Shown here piece by piece: positions 63,764 to 64,000 of a stretch of DNA of 64,000 nucleotides. The stretch lies in assembly GCA_963727455.1 (NCBI GenBank), contig CAVSGG010000005.1, positions 512,001 to 576,000 of the forward strand, read 5' to 3'. Numbering within the stretch: position 1 is the first letter of the stretch; the number at the start of each line of letters is the position of its first letter. Position numbers and translations under genes: made by a program. The notes beneath the pieces are model-generated. The model was not told the DNA's origin and made no database searches. It was given only the letters and a program-made list of their open reading frames with translations. The DNA comes from Candidatus Krumholzibacteriota bacterium. GTDB taxonomy: Bacteria > Krumholzibacteriota > Krumholzibacteriia > JAJRXK01.

Positions 63764-64000
63764 GTGGACCGGATTCTCCTCAGCAACGAAACACTAGATT
63801 TGGTGGGGCTGGAGGCGGAGCTCTCCGGCGGCGAACGGGGTGCGATCGTCAGTTTTCAAGGCCGTGTTCGCAGCACCGAGGGCCAGATGAGGTTGCGCGG
63901 CATCGACTACGAAGCCTACGGCGCAATGGCCGAGAAGAAGCTCTCGGAGCTCCTGCAGGAGGCCCACGCAAAGTGGCCCGAGTTCGACGTGGTGGTGGCG
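63764..64000 (+). CDS. moaE: Molybdopterin synthase catalytic subunit, 3'-truncated
   Basis: GTG at 63764 reads ...GAIVSFQGRVR...IDYEAYGAMAEKKL; it follows moaD and is absent from the ORF track. Confidence 0.88.
   Translation, partial: MDRILLSNETLDLVGLEAELSGGERGAIVSFQGRVRSTEGQMRLRGIDYEAYGAMAEKKLSELLQEAHAKWPEFDVVVA

Overview
This is GC-rich bacterial DNA, probably from the FCB superphylum (Krumholzibacteria/Eisenbacteria/Latescibacteria-like). That placement is inferred from a C-terminal PNPFNP/FlgD-type secretion domain and a short sigma-70 lacking region 1.1. About 54 kb forms one mosaic Wzx/Wzy surface-glycan supercluster. Its export and assembly genes are wza, a chain-length protein, an ExeA-like ATPase with apparent frameshifts, a BY-kinase with a degenerate Walker A, two Wzx flippases, one Wzy/ligase and a priming transferase. 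Its transferases and sugar enzymes are 8 GT4 and 2 GT2 (one more of each follows the tRNAs), four GT-C-like membrane proteins, two AsnB amidotransferases, RfbD, DegT and a Gfo/Idh oxidoreductase. It also holds several unusual tailoring modules: (i) a murB-murA pair next to a flippase; (ii) a LbH acyltransferase-FkbH-ACP-deacetylase-GT-C operon with no PKS/NRPS; (iii) two paralogous ~815-aa OST-like membrane proteins, each behind its own flippase; (iv) a nucleotidyltransferase, a TMP-kinase-like protein and AlkP phosphodiesterases; and (v) a radical SAM/SPASM enzyme. The last ~10 kb carries ispA, a SPOR lipoprotein, tRNA-Gly/Cys/Leu, two GTs, dnaK (with a sigma54/IHF-like promoter), a sigma-70 gene behind a strongly base-paired ~220-nt leader, moaD and a truncated moaE. 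No CRISPR array, rRNA, transposase or integrase was seen. All calls come from motif reading; no database searches were run.
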